Shown here: one piece after another, positions 8,704 to 18,105 of the stretch
How positions within the stretch are numbered: the stretch's first letter is position 1
How the letters are laid out: every line of letters begins with the position of its first letter
From: an uncultured Treponema sp.
GTDB lineage: Bacteria > Spirochaetota > Spirochaetia > Treponematales > Treponemataceae
Assembly (NCBI GenBank): GCA_937877535.1
Contig: CALFJF010000060.1
Coordinates: 250-64,249 of the forward strand
Length of the DNA stretch: 64,000 nucleotides
Reading direction: 5' to 3'
Notes under the pieces: generated by a model
What the model was told of the DNA's origin: nothing
Databases searched by the model: none
The model's input: the letters and a program-made list of their open reading frames with translations, nothing else
Translations under genes and position numbers: made by a program

Positions 8704-8970
8704 ATGGGAAGAAGTAAAGGCGGAAGCGGCGCAAAAAATGGTCGCGATTCAAATCCAAAAAGTTTGGGCGTAAAAGTGTACGGCGGAGAAGTCGTTTCGG
8801 CTGGTTCAATCATCGTAAAGCAGCGCGGAACAAAGATTTTCCCAGGCGAGAACGTTCAGCGAGCGGGCGACGACAGCCTTTTTGCTACGGCGAGCGGAAC
8901 GGTGAAATTCTACGAGCGCAAAAATCGCAAGTACGCGGGAGTTGTTCCTTCTGAAAGCGCAAAGGCGTAA
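8704..8970 (+). CDS. rpmA: 50S ribosomal protein L27
   Basis: [51 protein letters not shown] is canonical L27. Confidence 0.95.
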   Translation: MGRSKGGSGAKNGRDSNPKSLGVKVYGGEVVSAGSIIVKQRGTKIFPGENVQRAGDDSLFATASGTVKFYERKNRKYAGVVPSESAKA

Positions 8971-8994
8971 GGATTTTCGTAAAACGAGAAAAAT

Positions 8995-9030
8995 CGAAAA
9001 AACCGGGAGCAATGCCTTCCGGTTTTTTTG
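8995..9030 (+). terminator. weak terminator-like hairpin after rpmA
   Basis: AAAAAACCGG ... CCGGTTTTTTT. Only 4 G:C pairs plus A:U extensions. Confidence 0.4.
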
Positions 9031-9059
9031 TTCAAAAAGTTTGATTTTGAGGAAATGAA

Positions 9060-10163
9060 ATGAGACAATTTGCTGACGAGGCTACGATAGAAGTTTCCTC
9101 TGGACGCGGTGGAAATGGGTGCGTATCGTTTCGGCGCGAAAAATACATTCCAAACGGCGGACCAAACGGCGGCGACGGCGGACGCGGTGGAGCCGTCGTT
9201 TTTCGTGTCAAAAGAAACGTAAAAACGCTTTCCGATTTGCGCTTTCGGAGATTTTTTCGCGCAAAAAACGGCGGCGACGGCATGGGCTGGAACAAATACG
9301 GAAAAGACGGCGAGGACGTTGTGATTTCCGTGCCGCCAGGAACGTCAATTCGGGACGCAGAATCGGGCGAACTTATCCGCGAGTTTACTGTGGAAGCAGA
9401 CGGCGAAGAATTCGTTTTTTTGAAAGGCGGAAACGGCGGTTGGGGAAACGTGCATTTTAAGTCGTCCACAAATCAGGCTCCCAGGCGGGCAAACGAAGGG
9501 CAGGCGGGCGAAACGAGGACGCTCATTCTTGAACTTTCGATTATGGCGGATGTCGGTTTGGTCGGTTTTCCAAACGCGGGAAAATCCTCGCTTTTGGACG
9601 CTTTGACTCGCGCTCGTCCAAAAATCGCGCCATATCCGTTTACAACAAAAATCCCAAATCTTGGCGTTCTTCGAGCAAAAGACGGGCGCGACGTTATAAT
9701 CGCCGACATTCCTGGCATAATCGAGGGTGCGTCACTAGGAAAAGGGCTTGGAATTCGATTTTTGAAGCATATTTCCAGAACGCAGGCTCTCGTTTTTATG
9801 ATTGATTGCTCCGACGATTCTTGTTTTGGCGCGTATCAAACGCTTTGCGAGGAACTTTCGTCTTTTTCCGCTCCGCTTCTTGAAAAACAAAAAATCGTTC
9901 TTTGCAACAAAATCGATGTGGAGGGAGCGGCGGAACGAGCGGAAAAAATTGCGGAAACGTTGTCAAAACAAAACGTTCGCGTAATTCCGATTTCTGTTTT
10001 TGACGGGCGCGGAATGAAAGAAGCAGCGTTTCAGATTGCGAGGCTTTCACTTTTTGAAGACGAAAACGAAAAAGAAAAGGAAAAACAAAAAACAAGCGCG
10101 TTTTTATCTTCTCGTTCCGTTGATTATTCAATGGAAGAGCAAAAACCGGGGAGCGAAAAGTGA
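9060..10163 (+). CDS. obg: GTPase Obg/CgtA
   Basis: The glycine-rich Obg fold (GGNGCVSFRREKY, GGDGGRGG) is present, together with the G domain motif GFPNAGKSSLL. Confidence 0.95.
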   Translation: MRQFADEATIEVSSGRGGNGCVSFRREKYIPNGGPNGGDGGRGGAVVFRVKRNVKTLSDLRFRRFFRAKNGGDGMGWNKYGKDGEDVVISVPPGTSIRDAESGELIREFTVEADGEEFVFLKGGNGGWGNVHFKSSTNQAPRRANEGQAGETRTLILELSIMADVGLVGFPNAGKSSLLDALTRARPKIAPYPFTTKIPNLGVLRAKDGRDVIIADIPGIIEGASLGKGLGIRFLKHISRTQALVFMIDCSDDSCFGAYQTLCEELSSFSAPLLEKQKIVLCNKIDVEGAAERAEKIAETLSKQNVRVIPISVFDGRGMKEAAFQIARLSLFEDENEKEKEKQKTSAFLSSRSVDYSMEEQKPGSEK

Positions 10164-10816
10164 AAATCGCAATGCTCGGCGGGAGTTTTAACCCGATTCA
10201 CATTGGACATTTGGCTCTCGCGGATTCTGTTTGCTGTCTTTTGGGCTACGACCGCGTGCTTTTTGTGCCAACGTACCAACCTCCGCACAAAAAAATGGCT
10301 GCGGGGAGCGCGATGAGCGATGACCGATTTTTGATGGTTCAGGCGGCGATTTTTGGGGACGAGCGATTTATTGCCGAACCGTGTGAAATCGAGCGCGGTG
10401 GCGTGTCGTTTACCTGGGACACGGTGCTTTTTTTGGAAAAAAAATACAAAAACGAACTCGATGGAAAAATCGGCGTGATTTTTGGCGAAGATTTGCTTGC
10501 GGATTATGACAAATGGGAAAGAGCAAAGGAACTTTCAGAGCGCGCGGATTTAATCGTTGCGTGCCGTCCAAAAGATGCGGGGCAAAATGCCGCATTTTCA
10601 AACGTTCCAACGGAAAAATACGGCGTTTCGCCACATGCTTGGTCGCGGGACACGTTTCCGTATCCGCACAAAATCGTTGAAAATCCGCAAATCGCGCTTT
10701 CTTCAAGCGAGATACGGCAAAAAATCGCCACAAAAGGCGCATGGCGTTATCTTGTAAACGAAGGGGTTTTTCACTATATTAAAAGCGGAAATCTGTATGG
10801 GTACGGGAATTTTTGA
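10160..10816 (+). CDS. nadD: nicotinate-nucleotide adenylyltransferase
   Basis: GGSFNPIHIGH motif. There is a 4-nt overlap with the obg stop. Confidence 0.9.
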   Translation: MKIAMLGGSFNPIHIGHLALADSVCCLLGYDRVLFVPTYQPPHKKMAAGSAMSDDRFLMVQAAIFGDERFIAEPCEIERGGVSFTWDTVLFLEKKYKNELDGKIGVIFGEDLLADYDKWERAKELSERADLIVACRPKDAGQNAAFSNVPTEKYGVSPHAWSRDTFPYPHKIVENPQIALSSSEIRQKIATKGAWRYLVNEGVFHYIKSGNLYGYGNF

Positions 10817-11465
10817 AGAAATCGAAAAAATCATCGAAAACGAAAAAATCGAAGGAAATCAAAAAAAAGAAATTTCTTCTTTGATAAAAAATGTTGGCGA
10901 AAAGGCAAAAATCGTTCTTTCCAAAAAACGATTTGAGCACTCTTGCCGAGTTGCAAAAACCGCCTTTGACCTTTGTAAAATACACGGGGAAGTGGCGTGG
11001 AAGGCTTTGCTTTGTGGGCTTTCGCACGATTTTTGCAAAGAAATTCCAGAAGACAAAATGCGCTCGCTTGCGCTTTTGGACGGGCGCGGCGAGAGCGCGG
11101 CGGAGCAAAAAAAAACGTCGCTTTTGCACGGACGAGCGGCTGCCGTTTGTCTTTCGCGCGATTTTGGCATTGTGGATTTTGAGATTCTTGACGCGGTTGC
11201 TTTTCACACGCTCGGAAAAAAAGGACTGTGCAATCTTGGGAAAATCATTTTTGTTGCTGACAAAATAGAGCCAGGCCGCCCGCAATCCACGGAAGAATAT
11301 CGTTCGAGGCTTTTTTCGCTTCCGCTGAACGAATTGACGCTTTCTGTTTTGGAAGAAAACATCGAGTATCTTTTGTCAAAAGGGAAAAAAGCGGCAGCGG
11401 AAAGTTTGGAATGGGCTACGGATTTGCGTGAAACACAAAGCAAAAAAACGGGAGGAACAAAATGA
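10797..11465 (+). CDS. yqeK: HD-domain protein YqeK (bis(5'-nucleosyl)-tetraphosphatase family)
   Basis: HSCRVA ... SHDFCKE ... LLHG ... FVADKIEPGR motifs. It follows nadD, which is the conserved position. Confidence 0.8.
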   Translation: MGTGIFEEIEKIIENEKIEGNQKKEISSLIKNVGEKAKIVLSKKRFEHSCRVAKTAFDLCKIHGEVAWKALLCGLSHDFCKEIPEDKMRSLALLDGRGESAAEQKKTSLLHGRAAAVCLSRDFGIVDFEILDAVAFHTLGKKGLCNLGKIIFVADKIEPGRPQSTEEYRSRLFSLPLNELTLSVLEENIEYLLSKGKKAAAESLEWATDLRETQSKKTGGTK

Positions 11466-12682
11466 AACGCAGCGAATTCAACAAAGATTCAAATAACCAA
11501 ACGCACAAACGGGAAGGAATCGTTCTGTTGCTTTTGATTTTTGCGGGTTTGGTCGGTTTGGTGTTTTGGCTGCTTTCTTCGCTCCGCACGGATTCCGTTG
11601 AAGAGAGCCTTTCTAACAGCGACAGCGTGGTGAATACGCTTTTTGTCATGGAAGGGCGCGGCGAAGTTTTGTTTACCGACGTTTTTATTTATTATCCTGT
11701 TTCAAAACGCGGTTCGCTCATAAATATACTTGGAAATACGGGCGCGATTTTTAGAAGTCTTGACCGAGTTGACCGAATCGATGTCATTTACGCGGAAAAA
11801 GGAATCGAAGTCTACAAATCCGAAATCGAAAATCTCATCGGGCAGCCGATTCCGTTTTACGTTGTTCTCAAACTCGAAACGTTTGGCTCGCTTACGGATA
11901 TGCTCGGCGGAATGCGCGTTTTTATTCCAGAAGTCGTTGATGTAAAAGACGAAAACGGAAATCGCAGCCTTCTTCCGAGTGGCGTTGTAAATCTTGACGG
12001 CGACAAAATCAACACGTATTTGACGTATTCGCGACCAGACGAAACCGATGACGATGTGATTGACAGGCGACAAAACGTTATGCTCGCGTTTTTTAACGCG
12101 CTTGGACGAAACAAGCGGATTATGCAAAATCGAGCGCATTTTGCCACGATTAGCAAAAATCTGGAATCGAATCTTGACGAGGACGCGCTTTTCAAACTGT
12201 TTTCTGAAATTTCGCAAGTCGATTCGGAGCGATTGATTCCGCAGGCGATTACAGGACTGAACCGAATGGTTGACGGAAAAATGCTCCTCTTTCCGTATTA
12301 CGACGGCGACCTCATAAAAGACGTTGTGAAGCAGGTTGCAAACTCGCTGATTACGAGTTCCGAAGACGCGGACGGCGGGCGCGTGTATTTGCTTGAAATC
12401 TTGAATGGAACTACGCAGTCGGGTCTTGCGCACAATACGTCCCGCCTTATGCAAAGCGCGGGTTACGACGTTCTTTCAACGGCAAATGCCGACGCAAACA
12501 ATTACGAGCGCACTGTTATCATAAATCGAATTGGAAATGCCACGGTCGCAAAAAATCTCGGCGATTTTATTCGATGTCAAAATATAATCGACGAAGAAAT
12601 CAACCAAGATTCCGAAGCAAACGTCGATTTTACGATAATTCTTGGAAGCGATTTTGACGGAAGATACGTGAGAGCAAAATAG
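11462..12682 (+). CDS. LytR-CpsA-Psr (LCP) family protein
   Basis: 406 aa with an N-terminal TM helix, an LCP-like core (YYPVSKRGSLINILGNT ... LDGDKINTYL) and a LytR_C-like C-terminal domain (VYLLEILNGT ... ANNYERTVII). There is a 4-nt overlap with yqeK. Confidence 0.7.
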   Translation: MKRSEFNKDSNNQTHKREGIVLLLLIFAGLVGLVFWLLSSLRTDSVEESLSNSDSVVNTLFVMEGRGEVLFTDVFIYYPVSKRGSLINILGNTGAIFRSLDRVDRIDVIYAEKGIEVYKSEIENLIGQPIPFYVVLKLETFGSLTDMLGGMRVFIPEVVDVKDENGNRSLLPSGVVNLDGDKINTYLTYSRPDETDDDVIDRRQNVMLAFFNALGRNKRIMQNRAHFATISKNLESNLDEDALFKLFSEISQVDSERLIPQAITGLNRMVDGKMLLFPYYDGDLIKDVVKQVANSLITSSEDADGGRVYLLEILNGTTQSGLAHNTSRLMQSAGYDVLSTANADANNYERTVIINRIGNATVAKNLGDFIRCQNIIDEEINQDSEANVDFTIILGSDFDGRYVRAK

Positions 12683-12701
12683 AGAAAAAGGAGAAAAAAA
12701 A

Positions 12702-13064
12702 ATGGCAGAAATCGAAAATAAAAAGACTTCACGCGAAAATGCGCTTGAAATTGCAAAAATCCTTTCTGATTCAAAGGCGGAAAATGTTGCCGTTCTTGGC
12801 GTTGGAGCGTTGAGCAGTTGGACGGATTTTTTTATAATCGCAACCGTAACGAGTTCGGCGCAAATGCAAGGATTGCACCGTCTTATAAAAGAATACGTAC
12901 GCGAAAACGGCATGGAAATTCACGTTGCGCACCAAAAACACGATTCTGGTTCTGATTGGAATTTGATTGACATTGGACCTGTGGTTGTTCATTTGATGAG
13001 TGCGCAAGCGAGAGATTTTTACGAATTAGAAAAACTCTGGCACGAAGGAGAGCGCATTTTGTAA
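12702..13064 (+). CDS. rsfS: ribosome silencing factor RsfS
   Basis: 120 aa. WTDFFIIATVTS ... DWNLIDIGPVVVHLM ... FYELEKLW matches the iojap/RsfS signature. Confidence 0.9.
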   Translation: MAEIENKKTSRENALEIAKILSDSKAENVAVLGVGALSSWTDFFIIATVTSSAQMQGLHRLIKEYVRENGMEIHVAHQKHDSGSDWNLIDIGPVVVHLMSAQARDFYELEKLWHEGERIL

Positions 13065-13098
13065 AAAAAACACCCGTCAAAGTTGGCGGGTGTTTTTA
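13063..13098. terminator. bidirectional terminator between rsfS (+) and a lipoprotein gene (-)
   Basis: A-run, CACCCG (13071-13076), CGGGTG (13087-13092), then a T-run. Confidence 0.6.
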
Positions 13099-13113
13099 TA
13101 AGTTTCAGTAGAC

Positions 13114-13617
13114 TCAATTGGGGAAGTATTTTTCGAGTTCTTTTCCGTCCTCTTCGGTAAGCGTAATTTTGAACGAACTTCCAGACGTGTTAATTGTTTT
13201 CCAACCAGTCTTTTTTGCTTCTTTCCACTCCTGCGTGTTCCAGTCGTAGTAGTGAGTGCGATTTAATATGTCCTTGTCGTTCGATTCTAAGAACGCGCCT
13301 TTGTAAAGTGGCAAATACGGAATTTCAGTGTCATTGTTTACAAAGCCAAACATCCATGAACCCGTGGCAACGTTATCTGTAATTTGCGTTGCAGACACGT
13401 ACAAGAAAAATTTCCATTTTTCGCCGTCAAGGTCTGTTTCTTCGCTCACAAAAACGCCAGTATATTTTGATCCGTCGATTTCAAACGTATCTGTACTTTT
13501 TTTGAACGTGATTTCAAGCGTGTCTTCCTCGTCATCGTCGTCAGAACAAGACACAAACCCCATGCCTACCGCACCCAAAACGAGCAAAGATGCCATCAAC
13601 ATAAAAAATTTTTTCAT
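13114..13617 (-). CDS. hypothetical lipoprotein
   Basis: MKKFFMLMASLLVLGAVGMGFVSC gives a signal peptide plus lipobox, followed by an acidic linker DDDDEED. I use the internal ATG at 13617 rather than the tracked start at 13680. Confidence 0.6.
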   Translation of the reverse strand: MKKFFMLMASLLVLGAVGMGFVSCSDDDDEEDTLEITFKKSTDTFEIDGSKYTGVFVSEETDLDGEKWKFFLYVSATQITDNVATGSWMFGFVNNDTEIPYLPLYKGAFLESNDKDILNRTHYYDWNTQEWKEAKKTGWKTINTSGSSFKITLTEEDGKELEKYFPN

Positions 13618-13700
13618 AGAATTACCCCCAAAAATAAAAATTTTTGTTAGCACTCTACAAAAAAAAAAGTAAACTGTCAAGAAAATCTTTGGATTTTTAG

Positions 13701-13737
13701 AAAAAAAAAGCGGCTTTGATTTTTAGCCGCCGTTTTT
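13701..13737 (-). terminator. terminator after the PUR-like gene
   Basis: GCGGCT (13710-13715) pairs with AGCCGC (13725-13730). On the minus strand a run of 9 T follows. Confidence 0.6.
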
Positions 13738-14157
13738 TTATTTTTCTGGATTTTCGTCGCTTTCTGCTTTTTCGTCCGTCATTTTACTTGTAATGTGGAT
13801 AATTTTTCCTGTTCGCTTTATGCCGTCGCTGGCTTTGCCATCTTTTTTTCCGCGAACAATCCTTTTTTTTGCCCCGAATTTTTCGGCTTTTGCGACTTTC
13901 TTTTCGGCTTTTGCCTTTGCTTTTTCTTTTCGCGCCTTTTCGATGAATTTGAGCGAATCGTCCAAACCTTTTAGAACTCGTGGCATATCTTCTTCAAAAA
14001 TGGCAATTTGATGGCGGTCAAAATCCGCGCCGTCTCCTTTTTTGCTTTCTACGATTTGGAGGAACAAATCACCCGCGCGGTTTTCCTTAACGTTAAAAAA
14101 ATACGACCGATTTTCGAGCGTAACCTGCATCGTAAAAAGTTCTCCGCGAATACCCAT
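13738..14157 (-). CDS. PUR-domain nucleic-acid-binding protein (Bpur-like) with a Lys-rich tail
   Basis: 139 aa. RSYFFNVKENRAGDLFLQIVESKK resembles the PUR repeat core. The C-terminus is a KEKAKAKAEKKVAKAEK low-complexity tail. Confidence 0.7.
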   Translation of the reverse strand: MGIRGELFTMQVTLENRSYFFNVKENRAGDLFLQIVESKKGDGADFDRHQIAIFEEDMPRVLKGLDDSLKFIEKARKEKAKAKAEKKVAKAEKFGAKKRIVRGKKDGKASDGIKRTGKIIHITSKMTDEKAESDENPEK

Positions 14158-14315
14158 TTTGTCCTTCCTTTTTCGTCATGCTGAATTTTTTTAAGAGAAC
14201 GGTTTTTGATAAAATCCTCTCAAAGCGAGTTTTTATCTTACAGAAATCCAAAGAGTTTTTCAATTCCGTACTCACGGGAGTTTTGAAAACATTTTGATTG
14301 TTTTTGTACGCATTT

Positions 14316-15491
14316 TTAAAAAGAAGCTCGGATTTCTTTTATCGCTTCAAGGAGTTTTTTCATTCCGTTTTCCGTTGTTTCGTGTCCAAAACTAAATCGC
14401 ACCGCTTCGCTTTGCGTTTCTTGCGAGATTTTCATTGCTTGAAGAATCGGGCGATTGAGTTTTTTTGACGAGCACGCACTTCCCGTCGAAATGCAAAACC
14501 CTTTTGCGTCAAGCGCACGAACAAGCACGTTTCCAGGAATTCCTTTGAACGCTGCCTGCAAAATCCACGGAGAAAAATCCGCGCTTTTTGCATTTCGAGT
14601 TGTTGGCACAATCGAACAGCCTTCGATTTTCGTCAACGAGTCGATAAAATGCGCGGTAAGTTCCGTTTGTTTTTTTAATCTTGGATTTTCCGCGCCCGCC
14701 TTAAAAATGCGTTTTTCAAGGATTTTTTCTGCGCAAATTGCTCCAAAAAGATTTTCGGTTCCGCTTCTAATTCCGCTTTCTTGCCCGCCGCCAGACAAAA
14801 ACGTGCGAAATTTTTGGCTTTCAGAAACAAAGAGAATCCCAAATCCGCGCGGACCTCCTAATTTGTGCAAAGAAATTGACGCGCTGTCGATTCCCCAACC
14901 CAAAAAATCCATTTCGATTTTTCCCACCGCCTGAACGCAATCAGAATGAAAATGCGCTCGCCGCTTTCCGTTGTAATGCGCTCGGATTTTTTCTGCAATG
15001 TTTTGAATTGGCATGACCGCTCCCGTTTCGTTGTTCACAGCCATCACGGAAACCAATTTTGTTTCTGGAAACAGTTTTTTTTGAACACTCTCTTCCGTGA
15101 TAAAACCATTTTCGTCCGATTCGATTTCGTCGATTCCAAGGCAAAATCTCGAAAGATTTTTTGAAAATTCCCGAACGGCGGGGTGTTCCAGGGAACTTAC
15201 TGCAATTCTTCCTTTGGATTCTTGCATTATTGCGCACAAAAGCGCGATGTGGTCGCTTTCCGTGCCGCCAGAAGTAAAAAAAATCTGATTGCTTTTTACG
15301 CCCAATGCTTTTGCGCACGATTCTCTCGCGCTTTCAAGACGCGCCTTTGCTTTTTTCCCAGCAGAATGAGGACTTGACGGATTCGCCGAAAGCAAAATCG
15401 ACTCTTCCAAAGAAGTCCGAAGGATTTTTGCGCACTCGTCAGAAATCGGAGAAGTTGCAGCGTAGTCAAAATAAGTTTCGTTGTCTATCAT
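14316..15491 (-). CDS. cysteine desulfurase (NifS/IscS-like class V aminotransferase)
   Basis: 391 aa with YFDYAATSP, the SLHKLGGPRG PLP-lysine context and a GSACSS active-site Cys loop. Confidence 0.85.
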   Translation of the reverse strand: MIDNETYFDYAATSPISDECAKILRTSLEESILLSANPSSPHSAGKKAKARLESARESCAKALGVKSNQIFFTSGGTESDHIALLCAIMQESKGRIAVSSLEHPAVREFSKNLSRFCLGIDEIESDENGFITEESVQKKLFPETKLVSVMAVNNETGAVMPIQNIAEKIRAHYNGKRRAHFHSDCVQAVGKIEMDFLGWGIDSASISLHKLGGPRGFGILFVSESQKFRTFLSGGGQESGIRSGTENLFGAICAEKILEKRIFKAGAENPRLKKQTELTAHFIDSLTKIEGCSIVPTTRNAKSADFSPWILQAAFKGIPGNVLVRALDAKGFCISTGSACSSKKLNRPILQAMKISQETQSEAVRFSFGHETTENGMKKLLEAIKEIRASF

Positions 15492-15514
15492 TTTTTTTGA
15501 GTTTTTTCACAATT

Positions 15515-16651
15515 TTAGAGAACGGAAAGAACGTCCGCTTCGTCAACTTCCCGAACAATCGTTTCTCCGATTTTCTTTTGAAGAACGAATCTTACGCCGT
15601 TTGAAAGATTTTTTTTGTCTTTTTTCATTGCCAAAAAAAGGTCGCGCGGAGAAATGCTTTTTGGCAATGAACTGTGCCGTTTTTCAATTTCGTATCCAAA
15701 ATCCAAAAGAACTGTGCGAACGCGCGATTCGTAATGTTCTTCCGCAATATTTAGATGAGAAGAGAGCGCGGCTGCCCGCGCAATTCCCCAAGCAACGGCT
15801 TCTCCGTGCGTAACTTCTCCAAGCCCCGCGCACGTTTCAAGCGCGTGAGCAAATGTGTGCCCCAGATTCAAAAACATTCGCTCATTTTTTTCTGTAAAAT
15901 CGCGTTCAACGACTGCGCCTTTTGCTTTCACGCACTCAAAAATCGCCTCAAAAACAAGCGGGTCGGTTCGATTTTTCAAAATGTCAGGCTTTGAAGCAAG
16001 TTTTTCAAAAAGGGCAGGGGAGTAGAGCAACGCGGTTTTTATCGTTTCTGCAAGTCCGCTTTTCCATTCTTTTTGAGCAAGCGAATGCGTAAAAGACGGA
16101 AACACGTGGAGTTTTTTTGCAGGAAAAAACGAGCCAATCATATTTTTGTAATTGTCAAAATCGCAGCCGCTTTTTCCGCCCACCGCAGCGTCAACCATGG
16201 CAAGAAGCGTTGTTGGAACAAACTCACATTTGGCTCCGCGTTTGAAAATTGACGCGGCAAATGCCGTCATGTCCGTGATGACTCCGCCGCCAATTCCCAC
16301 AAAAGTCGTATTTCGCGGGCAATCGGCATCAAGCGCGGCTTGCACGATAAACAAAACGCTTTGAATCGTTTTGAATTTTTCGCCCGCGCCCAGAATGACC
16401 ACCGTGTCGCCATCTTTTCTTTTTACGTCGCCGCGTTTTGCGTTTTTTATTCCAAACGATTCAAAAAATGCTTTGCAACTGTCTAGCGCGGCAATCGTTT
16501 CGTCTGTAACAAAAACTCTGCGCTCGGCGCAATCGGCTGAATACGCGCGGCTTAAATCAACGATTCCTTTGTAAAAAAATACGTCCGTTTTGTCCGCTCC
16601 AGAATGTATAAAAGGATATGTTATGTGCGTTTGTTCGATTTTTTGTTCCAT
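15515..16651 (-). CDS. aroB: 3-dehydroquinate synthase
   Basis: GIGGGVITDMTAF, VPTTLLAMVDAAVGGK, LNLGHTFAHALE and HGEAVAWG motifs. Confidence 0.9.
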   Translation of the reverse strand: MEQKIEQTHITYPFIHSGADKTDVFFYKGIVDLSRAYSADCAERRVFVTDETIAALDSCKAFFESFGIKNAKRGDVKRKDGDTVVILGAGEKFKTIQSVLFIVQAALDADCPRNTTFVGIGGGVITDMTAFAASIFKRGAKCEFVPTTLLAMVDAAVGGKSGCDFDNYKNMIGSFFPAKKLHVFPSFTHSLAQKEWKSGLAETIKTALLYSPALFEKLASKPDILKNRTDPLVFEAIFECVKAKGAVVERDFTEKNERMFLNLGHTFAHALETCAGLGEVTHGEAVAWGIARAAALSSHLNIAEEHYESRVRTVLLDFGYEIEKRHSSLPKSISPRDLFLAMKKDKKNLSNGVRFVLQKKIGETIVREVDEADVLSVL

Positions 16652-16668
16652 ACACTGTGCCTCGATTT

Positions 16669-17292
16669 TTAATACTCTTTTGATTCCATTTTTTCAAAAT
16701 CTGCGATTACGTTTTGAACGCGAGAAATGTCGCGGTTTAGGATTTTTTCGTAATCGAGTTCGCCCGTTCCGATTCGCTCGCGCTCGTCTTCCCAATTTTG
16801 CAAATCCGTCAAAAATTTGAACCGAAATCGCCCCACGTTTGCTTTTTCTGCCCACAATTTTGCTTCTGTCCAATAATAAAGCCCCGCTTGATAACACGAA
16901 AGAGCTTTTTTGAGATTTTCAACATACACGTTTTTCCACGGAGCGTCGTAAAAATGCGCAACTTTTTTGTCGTATGTTCTGCCGAGCCGTTGGTGCTGCT
17001 CAATGAGTTTTAGATTTATGTGCATTTGAAAAAGATAGCGATATTTTTCCCAATCCGACTCATCTTCGATTTTTGCGCGTGCGTAAAGGGGATTTGCAAA
17101 ATCCGCTTGAACCGCTTTTTCAAGCCAATAAATATTTTCGATGCAATCATCGGGATATTGCTGATAGTGAACGTGAAAAAGTCGCCAAAAATCTTCTTTG
17201 TATTTGACCATATACGCACTCGATTTTGTTGGAAAGAACGCGAGAAAAACAAAAACTATCGCGACCGCGCTAAAAAGCCGAGTTTTCTTCAT
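16669..17292 (-). CDS. hypothetical secreted protein
   Basis: MKKTRLFSAVAIVFVFLAFFPTKSSA is a signal peptide. The ATG at 17292 overlaps the tmk stop as ATGA. I recognised no family. Confidence 0.55.
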   Translation of the reverse strand: MKKTRLFSAVAIVFVFLAFFPTKSSAYMVKYKEDFWRLFHVHYQQYPDDCIENIYWLEKAVQADFANPLYARAKIEDESDWEKYRYLFQMHINLKLIEQHQRLGRTYDKKVAHFYDAPWKNVYVENLKKALSCYQAGLYYWTEAKLWAEKANVGRFRFKFLTDLQNWEDERERIGTGELDYEKILNRDISRVQNVIADFEKMESKEY

Positions 17293-17942
17293 CCAATTAT
17301 TCCGCCTGATTTTTCTGATTCTTCCTTGAATATCGGCATTTTTGAGAGTTCTTCCCAGATTCTCGCGCAAACTTCATCGATGCTTTTTGTTGCGTCAATT
17401 CGGACGATTTTCATGTTGCTCCCTTCAAACGAATCCACGACGGATTTGTATCGAGCGGCGGTTTTTTTCAAAAATTCGATTTCCTCGTAGATTTCGCGTT
17501 TGCTTCTTTCGCCGATTCGTTGGAGCGAGAGCGCGGGGTCGATTTCAAAAAAGAAAAGCAATTCTGGAAGCGGAAACGGCGAATTCAAAAGGCGCGGGAG
17601 TTTTTCTCCGATTTGAGAGCCTTGATACGCTAGGCTCGAAAAAAAATACCTGTCCGAAATGCAAACCATTCCGCTTTTGCATTTTTCTTCGATTCCGTGT
17701 TTGCCCCAAATGTGTTCGGCGCGGTCTGCGGCAAAAAGATACGCTGCCGTTCTTTCGTCTACTTTGATTTCGCCCGAAAGTACGCGGCGCAAAAAGATTC
17801 CCGTTTCTGTTTTGGTCGGCTCCGCCGTTGTAAAAATCCGATTTGAAAACGTTGATGAGCGCAACCGTTCAATTTGCGTGCTTGTTCCCGCCCCGTCGAT
17901 TCCTTCAAAAACCACAAAATTTTTCAAAATGTCGTTTTCCAT
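17289..17942 (-). CDS. tmk: thymidylate kinase
   Basis: FVVFEGIDGAGTSTQ P-loop and a DRY motif. Confidence 0.9.
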   Translation of the reverse strand: MENDILKNFVVFEGIDGAGTSTQIERLRSSTFSNRIFTTAEPTKTETGIFLRRVLSGEIKVDERTAAYLFAADRAEHIWGKHGIEEKCKSGMVCISDRYFFSSLAYQGSQIGEKLPRLLNSPFPLPELLFFFEIDPALSLQRIGERSKREIYEEIEFLKKTAARYKSVVDSFEGSNMKIVRIDATKSIDEVCARIWEELSKMPIFKEESEKSGGIIG

Positions 17943-18073
17943 TTTTTCTCCCTATTTCGACTTATTTTGTAACATCTCCAAATTGCATTCGTGTTTTTGA
18001 TTTAGGCATTTGGAAAGTAAGTCAGTTTCCGAATATATCTATTGCCGAAATTATAAGATAAAACGCAGTGAAA

Positions 18074-18082
18074 TGGTATAAT
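18074..18082 (+). promoter_or_regulatory. extended -10 promoter element (TGGTATAAT) upstream of tamB
   Basis: TGGTATAAT at 18074-18082, then AGGAG at 18091-18095 and TTG at 18106. No good -35 element is present. Confidence 0.35.
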
Positions 18083-18105
18083 TGAGTTTTAGGAGTGAAT
18101 TTTCG

